Of a stretch of DNA of 47,408 bases, positions 1 to 11,739 are shown in pieces. The number at the start of each line of letters is the position of its first letter. Within the stretch, counting starts at the first letter, position 1. The position numbers were made by a program, and so were the translations under genes. The stretch is taken from assembly GCA_000708835.1 (NCBI GenBank), contig DF237573.1:1-47408 (forward strand), given 5' to 3'. Source of the DNA: Klebsormidium nitens. Lineage: Eukaryota; Plantae; Klebsormidiophyceae. The notes under the pieces are model-generated. The model was not told where the DNA came from, did not search any database, and saw only the letters and a list, made by a program, of their open reading frames with translations.

Positions 1-1327
1 GGTCACCCATGTTTAGAACCTTGTTGGTAGAGTCGAGCATTGCCCGGCCAAGATGCAGACTTGTTTAGGGATCGATCTAAGGACAGACACACTTCATACA
101 TGTATGCCATGAGAAGCCTATGGCCTATTTGGCTACGTGGCAAGTACGAAAAGAGACCATCGCTGCGGCGGTCGCGGCCGCAGGACTGATTGCGCGCGCA
201 ATCAGCTAGAACAATCATTATAATGCAGCTAATTTCAAACTTGTACGTGCATATGTCGAATATATCAACATGCATGCATGACGCGTGAAATGCATGGGCC
301 GCGGTACGCCACTCCAGGGCGGCGGGGTGGCATGTTGGCGGCCAGCTTATTGGTGCCACATGTGCGCAACGTACTCATTGTATGAACTCGGAATGTTTGT
401 ATGCATGATGTATGCATATATGGAAGCTAGGATTATGATATAGCGCGCGGCTGCGACGGGAGGCTATATCAGCTGCTGTTAAGCATGCTGATAATGAGCC
501 GCGCATATGAATAACACAAGGCTGACATGCAGAGCGCGAGCTAGACTGTCAATATACGTGAGTCTGGCATGTGGCGGCCCGCCCATGCACGATAACGATC
601 GAATTACATGATGATTTTCAAATGATCCCAATCACATCGCCTGTCAAGACCTGTTACTCAACCTTATCGGGCGGCCGCACCTGGCCCACAAGGATCCTTG
701 GGCTACACATGTTCTCACAAACTGAGACGTAATCCGAACATCATAACCTAGCCTATATCATTTATATGATACAATTCTTTGTGTCAGCATGCGTGATACT
801 TCTCACGGACCGAGGCTAGGCTAGCCTTTTGACAAGCAACCCGCGCTTTGTCACCTGCTATGAATTATGTACTCCCGCTATCGTTGTAAGCGCACTACAG
901 TAGGCTCAGTCCAAAACCTAACCGTCTTTTTCTAGCTACCTACAGCCGGTCGTTACAATTCAAATTTTTAAACCCGGTCAACAGTTGCTCCACTTCTCAG
1001 CCGCCAGTTGCATTAGCGCCAACTCTTGGCAACGTCGCGACTTTTTGACATCTAACAAGGTCTTGGAGCTTGAACGTCTATTTGATCATCATAAATGTCA
1101 ACCCAATCTGCTCGTAGACCTTCCATTTGCGTACCTTGAACGGCAAAAACATACGCAACTCCTTGACCATCTTAGAGCGTGTCTCTATATGACTCGATAT
1201 GCAGTACATGATATTCCCAGTTAGTAAGGTAGTACTTGGCCTGTACAAAATCGAATGCTACACGTGCCCTACAAGGGGCAGGAAAGTGCAGCTTCTGGAG
1301 CGGTCTCGCGTGTTTGACTGCGCTCAA

Positions 1328-4300
1328 TCAGTGCACCGCGTCCCAGGCCTTCCTGAGCACCTTCGTCAGCTCGGCCATTTGGAGCGGCTTTGCGATGTAC
1401 CTGCCAGAACGCCGCACAGAGCAAGTTGGACACGCGACTCAACGCGAAGGACACGAAGCACCAGCCAGACAATCATGACTATGCTGAACGGGGATTCTAG
1501 ACGAATCGTCGTCCGAATCTCGGAAGTGATACAAGGCTCCAGGGCCGTCACAAAACTGACGTCACCGCTGCCTGCTCAAATCCGTCAATCACAGGGCGGG
1601 CGGGGGCACTGACAGGTCCATTCCGGCGTCGGTGCACGCCTTGCGCTCCTCCTCGAGCACCGCCGCGGTCACGGCCACGATGACGGGCCGCGGGAAGATC
1701 TGCTTCCGGATCTGCCGCGTCGCCTCCAGCCCGTCCATCTCTGCGCGCACGCACCGATCACAGCGTCAACATGCTGGACACCGAGACAACGGACCGCAGT
1801 GACAATCACACAAATGCAGTGAACTTGAACGGACGGGGATTGCGGAGGCTGAGACTGGTTTTGTGTGAACCGGTCCCCAAGAACGTGCGTACTCTGGTGT
1901 CGGCCCGCAGATCCAGCGGCCCAGCGCTGTGTGCGGGGTGTTCACCTGGCATGAAGCAGTCCATGAGGCAGACGTCGTAGCGCTGCCGCTGCAGCGCCTC
2001 GAGCGCCTCGACGCCGTTGCCGACGCAGTCCGCGGAGTAGCCGATGCGCGACAGCAGCCGCACCAGCACGCGCTGGTTGATCGGGTTGTCCTCCGCCGCC
2101 AGAATGCGCAGCGGGTACTGCGTGCCCATGTCCGCAGGGTAGCTCGCCAGGCTGCTGCTGCGCAGCTTGCTCAGCGACTGCACCGCGGAACGGAGCGGGG
2201 GAGCCAAGGACGGGGTCAGCACGGTGGAAGTGACAAGAGGCCACCCGGGGTGCGGCAAAACACTCAGAGGGCCCGAAAATAGTTGGCGGACGGGTTATTA
2301 TTGGCGGGTGAAGTCGACGTCAGTGTAGTGGGAGATCCAGTTTAGAAAACCTCTTTGGGCTACGCAGCCGTAGAGGAGAGTGTGCTCTCCCCTGCCAAGC
2401 CCTATTATAACTATTTTGTGCTTCTGATCACTCTGAGCATTAGAAAGCAAGCGTTCCGAAGCTTGATATGAAATGTCCGGTAAAGCCTTGGATTCCTGTG
2501 CCCGCCGGCTGCGCGCGCACCTGGACGGCGGACGCGGCGAAGACGTGGACGAGCGCGTTGAGCAGCTGGGAGGACTTGATGGGCTTGTTCAGCTGCGCCG
2601 TGAACTCGATGCCCTCCGCCGCGAGGCCCTCGGGCGCGCGCCGGCCGTGCAGGTTCAGCAGCAGCAGCGGGATGGCGCGCTCCACGTGGCACGCCTGCAG
2701 GCAGCGCATGAGCGCGGGGTCGCGCCGCTCGACCTGCCGGTGGTCCACGATCACCAGGCTGAAGCCCTGCCCCTCCGTGCGGCCCATCTGCGACCACCAA
2801 CAGGACCGGCTCAGCGGGTTTGCTTTGAGGGAGCTGCCAGAGCTCGGCATCGTGGAGAGACTCACAACACTTATGGGGAGCGTCTTGACGTTCCGGAGAG
2901 CGCAATTGCAGACATTGGCAACTCGAACAAGGAGCCTCTTCATGCGGGCAACACGTTGGCGGCCTCAAAAGCCCGGTCCTTGTTAGAGACGAAGCAGGGC
3001 AGGGGGGAGCGCTCACGAGGTCGAGCGCGTCGGCGCCGGTCTCGACGGGCAGCGGGCGCATCTTCCAGCCGCGGAGGAGCTGCTCCAGCATCTTGGTGCT
3101 GCCCGCGTGCGCGATGCCCGCGATGAGCAGCACGCGCTTCTTCTCCAGCGCCTCCTGCACGTTGTCCGGCAGCATGCGCCGCTGCGCCGCGGGGAGCGCG
3201 CGCACGCGCACCGTGAAGTGGAACGCGCTGCCCTGCCGCACCTCGCTCTCCACCCTGCGCGCCACGCCGACACACTCTCCGTCAGGCAGACAAATGATTT
3301 GCACGGGCCCCAGCTGCCTTTGATCATCTGAGAAGACGAGCTCTCATGGCTAGCGGCAAAGGCTGATACGGCACTTCGACGTGCGAATGAAGCGACGGGA
3401 CGAGCCTGGCGGAGTCGGACAGTTTTTGGCAGAAACGTAGGTTTTGAATGGGCCCCTCCGCGCTAGAACAGGGTAACAACGCTGGCGACATACTTATGAG
3501 GCTCTCTCGCTTCCGAAGAAGCAGCACCTTGTGCCTGATGGACACCGGGGGCGAGCACCATCAGTGGTCAGCCAGCAGCGCCGGGAGCAGAGTTTGCGAC
3601 TCACCAGATCTTACCACCCATGAGCTGGCACAGCTTTGCACAGATGGCCAAACCCAGCCCGGTCCCGCCTGCAAAGCAGACACGCCACGTCAAGATTTCA
3701 CAATCCAAATAATCGACGACAAGGTAGAGGTGCGCAGAGAGGTCAGGAAGAAGCATCGGTAACCCTGTCGTAACGCGATATTCAGCGGGTGGCGCTTCCC
3801 GACACCTCGAATTCCCAAAATCCTGGCAGCTTCTGTTTTAGGAGAGTGGTGAACCTATTCCATTCGCGCGGGTCGTGCTCACCGTACTTCCTGGTGGTGG
3901 AGGGGTCCACCTGCGAGAAGGACTGGAAGAGCGCGTGGCTGCGGTCGGCGGGGATGCCGATCCCGGTGTCCTGGCACACCACGTGCAGCTCGTACACGCC
4001 GCCCACCGACCCGCCCCGCGAGCAACCCTCCCCGCCCGCCCCCTCGTACTCCTCTGCTGCGCCTCTCACGCCCTCTGCGCCAAACTCGCCGGACGTGCTG
4101 GACCCGGACGCGGCGCGCCTGCGCAGCTTGGGGCTGGGCGGCACGCTGCTGCTGGCCGGGGTCGTCTCGCCGGAGGCGTTGACCGACACGCTGCGCGACG
4201 GCAGCAGGCCCTCCGCGTCGGCCTCGTACACCCCGGGCAGGGCGGCACTGGGGCGCGGCGACGGCGGCTGCGCTGAGGCGGGCTCGTCGTCGTCCGCGGT

Positions 4301-7300
4301 GATGATTCGCGCGGAGACGGAGACGGAGACGGAACCGTGGGCCGTGAACTTGACGGCGTTGGTGAGCAGGTTCACCAGGATCTGGCGCAGCCGCGACACG
4401 TCGCCCAGCAGCACGTCCGGGACCTTCGCAGTGACAAGTAACAAACGGCTCACACAGGGCCAGGAGGGGGCGGACCGGAGGCAAGCTCGAAGTGTCGAGC
4501 CTTTGAGCGATGGTCCGACGTTGTAGACAGCTACCTCCGAGAATTGATGCTTAGCACTTCCGCACCAAAGAGCGGCTAGATTTCTTGTCTGCAACAAGTC
4601 TGTGCTTCCAGTGATGACAAGATCTCAAGGAGCAAGCTTCATGCTCGCTTCGACGAAGCCACCAACTCATGGGCGCTCCAAACGGGGGCAGTGCACTCCA
4701 AGAAAACTTTGAAAACAGCAGGCTCCATGTTGGGACGGGAGGGAGCGCGGGTGCGGCGGTGGTCGCACCGATTCGTGGATGTGGTAGACGAGCTCCAGTC
4801 CTTTGTGCACGGCCTGCTGCGTGACGAGGTCGAGGCTGTCCTCGATGCAGTCGCGCAGGTCGAGCGGGACCTCCTCCAGCTCCATCTTGCCCGCCTCGAT
4901 CTTGCTGTAGTCCAAAATGTCGTTGATAATGCCCAGCAACGCCTCGCCGCTGCTGCGGATCGTGCTCGCAAACTCGCGCTGGTCCACGCTCAGGGGGCTG
5001 TCCAGCAGCAGCGCCGCCATGCCCAGCACTGCGCAAAGCACCGCAACGCCAATCAGGGGTGAGAATCACAGAGAAGGAGCGTCCAGCACGCACGAGGGTC
5101 TTGAGCAAGCGGGATGAGCCCGCCGACCTCGACAATATGAGAAGGCAGGCACGAAAGCAGTCTGACATCAGGAAACCAACGGCACCGGCTCCCACGACCA
5201 TGCTGCTCGCGCTGCGGGAGCTTCTGATGGAGGAATGGACCGACAAGAAGGACTCCCTCAGCAAACAACAAGCGTCCAAATTCTTTTTGAGACGACATCA
5301 AGCAAGAATTAACGCCGCAATTGCTCACCGGCGTTCATTGGAGTTCGTATCTCGTGCGACATGTTACTCTGCACAGGAAATAGCAGGCCCGACAGTCAGC
5401 AAAGCGCTAATAGGAGCTATGAAGTCGTTGGCGTACACACATCTCAACCTGTCATCCAGTGTTCTGGTAAATTCCCTGCCTGTCAGCAAAGAACACTAGG
5501 CTTGTACTTGCTCGCAAAAGCATCCCTGACCAAAAGAAGTCTTTGATTTTTTATATGCAATCTCCACTTCTGGCAAGTTCTTCAATGTGAGCATATTCTG
5601 CCGCGCTGCTGACCAGGAAGGCCCCCTTGGCGGTGTTGGCTTTCTCTGCGGCGGTCTTGGCCTCGCGCAGCGCGTCCTCCTGCTGGTGGCGTGCGGTGCG
5701 GTCGGTCATGACGCCGCACCACTCCACCGCGCACGGCGTCATGCGCTGCGGCAGCGCGTGGATGTGCACCCACCGGTGCTCCTCCTCCGCGGCCCTGCGC
5801 GCGCAATAATCATTCAATAAGGCGGTGCTGAAGCACAGTGCGTCGCTGCGCTAGGGTAGTCAAACGCGCGAGCTGCGAAGGGCCTTTTGATTACATGAAG
5901 TTTAAGGTGACGGAAGAGTCAAGAGGGCGAGCGCCGCTTATGATTTCATTGCACCCTTCTTGGGTGCCGTGCTCGAGGCCACCACTTTACTGGCACTACA
6001 AAATGAAAAGGTATGTCGGAAACAGTTAGAAGTGCACGCCCGCCCGGGACTGCGCTGCCTGCTCTCCCTGTACGTTGGTCAGGAGGTCAATAAGCGCAGA
6101 GCTTCTTCACGATCTCGCGGCAGTCTTATGAGAAGGTCGGAGCACACGTCGCGAGGCGGCCACTCACTTGCGCACCCGGCACTCGACGTCGAGCGGCTGC
6201 AGCGTGTCCCGCGAGGCGGCCAGCGCGTCTTGCAGCGCGGCGGCGTCGGCGGGGTGCATGAGCGCGGTGAGCAGCGCGGGGTGGCCCATGAGGCGGTCCG
6301 CGTCCACGCCCAGCACGTCCAGGATGCCCTGGCTCACGAACGGGAACGTCGCGCTGCCGTCCGCGCACAGGCAGTACCGGAACACGCCGCCGGGGACCGC
6401 GTCCGTGATCCTGCACAACGGTCGGGCCAGAACCTATCTCAAAAAGTTGCACTCAGAGCACCCTGAAGACATTAAAGAAAAGGTCGCTGGCAGTGAATTG
6501 GCCAATGGACCATTATAAGGAGCATTGGAGCTCTGCTGAAACGAAAACATGACGACGGGTTCGAGGGGCGAGCAGACCGCCGGGGTCAAAGCAATTGAAA
6601 GGTCTCGCCTACTCTGCGCAAGAAGCAGCAAACGGGGAAAATGTTTTGTGTCACCGTTAACTTAAAGAAGCCATCAGCGAAGTCAAAAGCGTTCTACCAA
6701 AAGCTGCTTTTGGGCAGAGTGATTCGAGGAACGCGGCATGGAAGGGATTGGGCTCAGCGCGTACCTCTGCAGTTCGCGCTTGGAGCGCGCGAGCTCCTCC
6801 TGCGCCTGCACCTCGGAGGTGATGTCGCGCACCGCGCCCGTGTAGACGCACGCGGTCCAGCCCAGGTACTTGTAGTGCTCGCCGCTCACGGGGTCCACGT
6901 ACACGGGGCCCGGCACGGGGCGGTCCTTGCGGCACATGTACCGGTTCATGAAGTCGACCTGCGAAATAGGGAGCGCTCAGAGGAGGGGCTAACGAGTAAG
7001 AAGCAGGCGAAGCTGTCATCCCGGAGACATTCCTCGAGCTGGGATCCTCAGCAAAGCTACTGAAGACGTCTTCACGGGTCTGGTAGCGACGAATGGACTT
7101 TATCCTTCCTAGCTCCAGAGCTCCGCTCGAGACTTGAGTCAGAAAGGGCGAAGCATCATCTTGGACAAGGTCTTTCAACTCGTGCAGATCTCCAACAGTC
7201 ACCTGCGATTGCAGCTCGAGCAATTTCTGCCATTTACCCCTCAGCGTTCAGTTGGCAAGGCGGCCGATTGGAGCAGTCAAAAGGGTCGCGAATCCATGTC

Positions 7301-10007
7301 GAAGCTTCCTCAGCCGCTCCAAAACACTTGAGACACCGAGTGGTCACTTTTCTTGCGCGCTAGCCGGTCATCCTGGCTTGGGTGCAGGCTCACCACGTTG
7401 GTGCCCTCGCCGAGCCTCTTGTACTGCGCGATGCTGGGATGCTGGTCGTCGGGGTGCACCAGGTCCATCCACGGCGTGCCCAGGAATTCCTCCATCGTCA
7501 TCCTGCGCCAACCAGAGTCTCCGAGTCACCAATAGTCCACAAGAGTAGGCCCAAACCGTTAGAGCAGAGTTTGTATCTATCACCGTGCGGTAGTGCAAAG
7601 TCTTCCACAGCCTGCGTATGGAAGGAACTCCGGGTGCAAGTACACAAGATGCTGGATCTGTATAATTTCTTTGTCCATGAAGTATGTATATTTCAAATTC
7701 CCTTTGTGGGCAGTCACTGTAGATCGAGCTGCTCCAGGAAAGCAAGCGACGGAGACGGCAGGTGACCTCCTGTCTTGCACCTCGTAATCGGCAGGGCACG
7801 TTCAAATCACGCAACTTATGTTTGGCACACCATGATTGTGGTCTCACCCCAGCATCATGGGCAGTGCGGGGGAGACGCGCTTGAAGAAGACGCCGTTCGT
7901 GTCTGCTCGGTAGAGCGCGAGGTGCGGCAGCTTCCAGTAAATCTCGTGGTCTACCTCCTGCCGCTTGCGCTCGTGGATGTCGCGCTGCCACCCCACATAC
8001 CTGCGCGTCAGCGGGGACGCCCTCAGAGGCTCACACGAAGATCACTATCCGACCTCTTTGCAACGTTCCAGTTTCCTCGACCTATGTGCAACAGTTGCCT
8101 CCAGGCCTTTTCCCCAAGTCAAGAGCAGATGGAATTCACAGAATGTGTCAATTGACAGAAGTGGGTCTGAGGGGGTGTATCACAATGTCCAGGGATTTGA
8201 TGGAGGGTATTGCAGCCGCAGATTTCTGAGGCCGGTTTTGCAGTAAGTGGAGACTCACCCTATCAGCCGTCCCTCGAGCGAGAAGCGCGGCCGCCCGTAT
8301 TCCTGAGAAAGAATCAACCAAGTAATCAGTGCACAACCAAGCAACTGCAAAGCTGTCTGGTACGTGGTCAAGACTGCCCTTCAACAAAGCAAGGCCCAAC
8401 TCATTTCGAACTGTGGAAACTGTGTAGATGTTTCCAAGTAAGGGGAAAGCAGTTTCCCTGGGGCCAGCGGTTCACCTGCACCCAGCGGTACATCATGGGG
8501 TCTTCCCCGCTGAACTGGGCAATGGTCTCCTGGTCAAATGTCGTGGCAGACGATGCAGGCGTCTCAGGGTCCGCCCCCGGGGTGCTGGCGCGCGACGACG
8601 TCTTGATGCGGTACTCCACCTGGAACACCTTGCGCCCACGCACAGCGCCCGCCACGCATGCCTACAAAATAAGGAACGATTGGTGAAGATATGCAGATGG
8701 TGGAGGCAGCTGTGACAACATGTTTTGCCAAGGATGTTAAACAAGGAACAGATGATGGGCACCGGTGGGAATGGGGGCGGCTACAGAGGCAGCACGGAAA
8801 ACAAGTGGAGATAACAAATGGTGGAGAGTGAAAGCAGAGTGCCTGGGAGCGTCACCGGCATGCATGTTGAAACAGACTGCGACAGACAGCAGCTTGAGGA
8901 AGACAAGGTCACATTGCCCCTGAGCTGGTAGAGCCCACGGGGGGGCTCTTTGCGTCCAAGTATGCCTGTCCAAATATCTGGCTGTGCGGCAGCTGCTCAG
9001 TTGAGCACCGCAAATGCTGCTGCCCAACCTTATACTTGATCGAGGTAACCTGGTTTCTATATGTTGCCTGCTCTCTTTATTGTCAGACAGTCCACGACCA
9101 CTTACTCAACCTAGCCTGCCGGAAGCGCAGGAAAGGTTTGCTTACACACTTCTAGAAGCGAGAAGAACAGAACTGTGGATGCAGGCTCCCACGCTCCTTC
9201 CCTGTGTTTAAGATGGTTGCACTTGCAAGACACTCAGACTGCTTGGCCTCTGCAGGGATGCCCCTTCTGGCGGACGGCTCTTGCCAGCCTCCGCCAGTGC
9301 CACCAAGGAACTGGTTTTCTTACCCGGACGTTTTCCACATCGTGCCTGTGCACATTCCTTTCCCAGTCTGCATCGAACATGTCGTGGAGCGCTGGCACCG
9401 TAAAGTCCAGCCAGCCAGAGTCCCCCCCCTCCTCCGCTCGCGCCGCTGCGTCCCCGCCTGTCATCCACAGTGCCACAGGCGGACCATGCTCCAGCATCTG
9501 CTCGCTCTCCGTGGGGTCCAACTGCGCTCCGAGTTCCGTCACAAAGCGAACCCGCCTCCTGAGCACTGCTCCTACGCTGGACCCATCCGCACTGCTATCC
9601 TTGAGGGTTGCTGACAAGAGCCGCGTCACGTCCTCGCACTTCACGCCCTTGTCGCTCAATAAAGCAGCCGGCGGGGTTCCCCCCTGCCCCGCCCCGTCCG
9701 CTCCCTGTCCCTGTGCACCACTGCGAGGGGTCATGTCTTTCGGCGTGCGCTTCCCAGGAGGCGCACATTCCTCCTCTCCGCAGGCGATGATGGAGAGCGA
9801 CAGCCCACTGCGGCTGCGGCTGCGCTTCTTGGAGGCTGGCCGGGAGCGGGCTCCATCCTGACGCCCTGCCACATAGGCTCCAAGGGTTAAGCCCAGCAGT
9901 AAGGGGGCCGTTGGCATAAATACTCCCCCCCCCATGCCCACTGGCCCTTCCACGTTGCCTGGCCCTTGATTCCAGAGCAAGGGAGGCTCCAATCGCGGGG
10001 ACGCCAT
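1328..10007 (-). CDS. Hybrid sensor histidine kinase: N-terminal hydrophobic segment, 3 PAS/PAC, HisKA, HATPase_c, degenerate receiver, canonical receiver (~1211 aa, 17 exons)
   Basis: Exons (minus strand): 10007-9324, 8661-8476, 8302-8259, 8000-7848, 7502-7394, 6958-6765, 6410-6168, 5794-5614, 5368-5329, 5028-4769, 4423-3883, 3668-3605, 3254-3017, 2787-2521, 2177-1946, 1740-1614, 1400-1328. All introns are GT-AG and phase-consistent; total 3636 nt. Motifs: H-box [17 protein letters not shown]-box [15 protein letters not shown]1 DTGIGIP, F-box [10 protein letters not shown]2 GGTGLGLAI, receiver LRILAAEDN...LMDCFMPEMDG...YIAKP. The start ATG is the least certain part. Confidence 0.93.
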
Positions 10008-10579
10008 GTGGGTTCCGACTGATTAGAAAGCAAAAACCAGAGGGGGTTTGCAATGACTGCGCCTGGCAGGACTGCCCTTTCTGTCAGCATTTACGCTCGC
10101 CCTGAGTGAATCGCTACAGCATTGAAACAACAACAGGGACACCAGATCGCATATGGCAATCAGTTCAATGTTGGGTTTTGGCAGATAGCTCGCACCGCCC
10201 GGGCTTCAGACTCGTCTCCTGACTCTTAGACCTGTTACAAGACTTTGAGCCAGTGGCCTCTGCTAATGACACCGATGAGCACGCTCCATTGTCTATCCGA
10301 CCTCGCCGCCTGGTTTTCTTGGTTTTCTTGCACCCTGGCAATGGCAATAGAATGGAGCAAGTTGGGAAGATCCGAAATACTGAATGAGACTGGCCAAGGC
10401 AAATCTGTTTGGATACTTGCTGTCCAGAGGATTGACGGTCAGAATATCTCCAGGGTTGTGCAATGACGGATTGTGGAACTTGGAAGGGCGCAGCTACGTA
10501 TTCTCTGCTGCAGAGAAAAAGTTGACTACCAGGACATCAATGGTCGCGCCGCGCGGTATCTGATAACCCGTCACCAACC

Positions 10580-10618
10580 TACCTATGCAAAATGTACACA
10601 GTACATCATGCATAGGTA
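10580..10618. other. Imperfect 39-bp palindrome (hairpin/cruciform) in the divergent intergenic region
   Basis: tacctatgca-aa-atgtac-aca-gtacat-ca-tgcataggta: 10-bp plus 6-bp stem, 3-nt loop. Confidence 0.6.
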
Positions 10619-10899
10619 CCGGTATACACATCTCATGTGTTGCTTCAACAAGTCTGACATCTGACAATCCTGGTCTGATGACCTAGTGCCAAACCCAACT
10701 TACCGTACGATTGAAGTTACTGTACCGTACTATGTATTGAATTCCTTGCCCATCCAAATTTGATCCAAGCCGTCCGTTATTGTATCGAACCGCCAATAAC
10801 AAAATTGAGGGGCTCACCATTCCCATGCCGGCCGAACATAACGTCAGCTTTTCAGACACTCGGGCTCAATAAGTAGTACGGTACTACCGGTACTCGGTA

Positions 10900-11096
10900 G
10901 CACGACCTTTTCACACCACCTCAGTTCGAACACGTTTTTCTTCACTTGTTTGATTTCAGACTAGCCTCTTAACCCATGGTTAAGACCCTTGTAAACTGTC
11001 AGGAGATGCCTTAACCAGGAAACTCTCTGCTCCAATAATTTGGCAAAAAAAATCACACAAAGCCACAAGAACTTTTTGGTGTGAGAAAGGTCGTGC
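10900..11096. mobile_element. Old non-autonomous TIR element (MITE-like), ~200 bp
   Basis: Left arm gcacgaccttttcacacca (10900-10918) matches the reverse complement of the right arm (11077-11096), gcacgacctttctcacacca, with one indel. Degenerate inverted symmetry continues ~25 bp further out. Central hairpin cttaacc-cat-ggttaag. No clear TSD. Confidence 0.55.
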
Positions 11097-11739
11097 GGCG
11101 TGCCACTACGGGTAGGTAACGACCTACCTATAGGCTATGGGCACGCGGGCACCTGCCTAGGATAATCGTCACCGTCCGACGCGTAGCATTTCACCGTCGA
11201 TGCAGATCGAAGCTGGCCGATATGAACCTTTGAATTTGAAACGGCACGTTGAACTCCAATCCCGAGTGCTCGACAGAGTGACCCAGTCTGGTAAAAATGG
11301 TGACCCATTGGCATTGTCAGTGTCACGATTCACAGGCATTGTCGCAGGCAAGGACTTTGACAGATTTCCAAGGGCTCAAGTCCTTCCCGTTGATCACACT
11401 GATGCCAGCAGATTACGATGGGTAGGCCGCAGGATGGGCTTTCACTGGAAGACGTAAAGAGTCAAGGCGCGATAGATGATTAGGCCCGGGGTCACTGTGC
11501 GGATGATCTTCGAGCAGACCATCAGCTGGGCTGCTTGAAGCATGCCCCTGGCTCACTTTTATGCATACCGTAGAACAGAAAGACAGGCATGTTCCGATCC
11601 TGACCACACGACGAGACTGCATTTGGATTGCAGCTTTTACCTGCAAGGAAGCAATTTTGCAGGTTAACGTGATTGCTTTGGGGGTGATCGCATAGCAATT
11701 GCAGTCAAGCTCGGCTGCCCAGTTGGCCAGCTGAGCAGG

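Noticed and set aside
1-700. GCGGCCGC/CATG-rich palindromic words shared with 21250-21650 and 31480-31860 as a dispersed repeat family
   Set aside because: The shared words are short and not collinear, so homology cannot be shown by eye. They may be generic GC-box-like intergenic motifs.
1199-1612. Cys/His-containing ORF resembling a transposase zinc domain
   Set aside because: It is antisense to the last HK exon and intron; the minus-strand reading (YIAKPLQM) explains the sequence.
1929-7991. Many long Arg/Ala/Gly-rich ORFs on both strands (also across 16800-20250 and 38450-40650)
   Set aside because: These are off-frame or antisense shadows of GC-rich exons.
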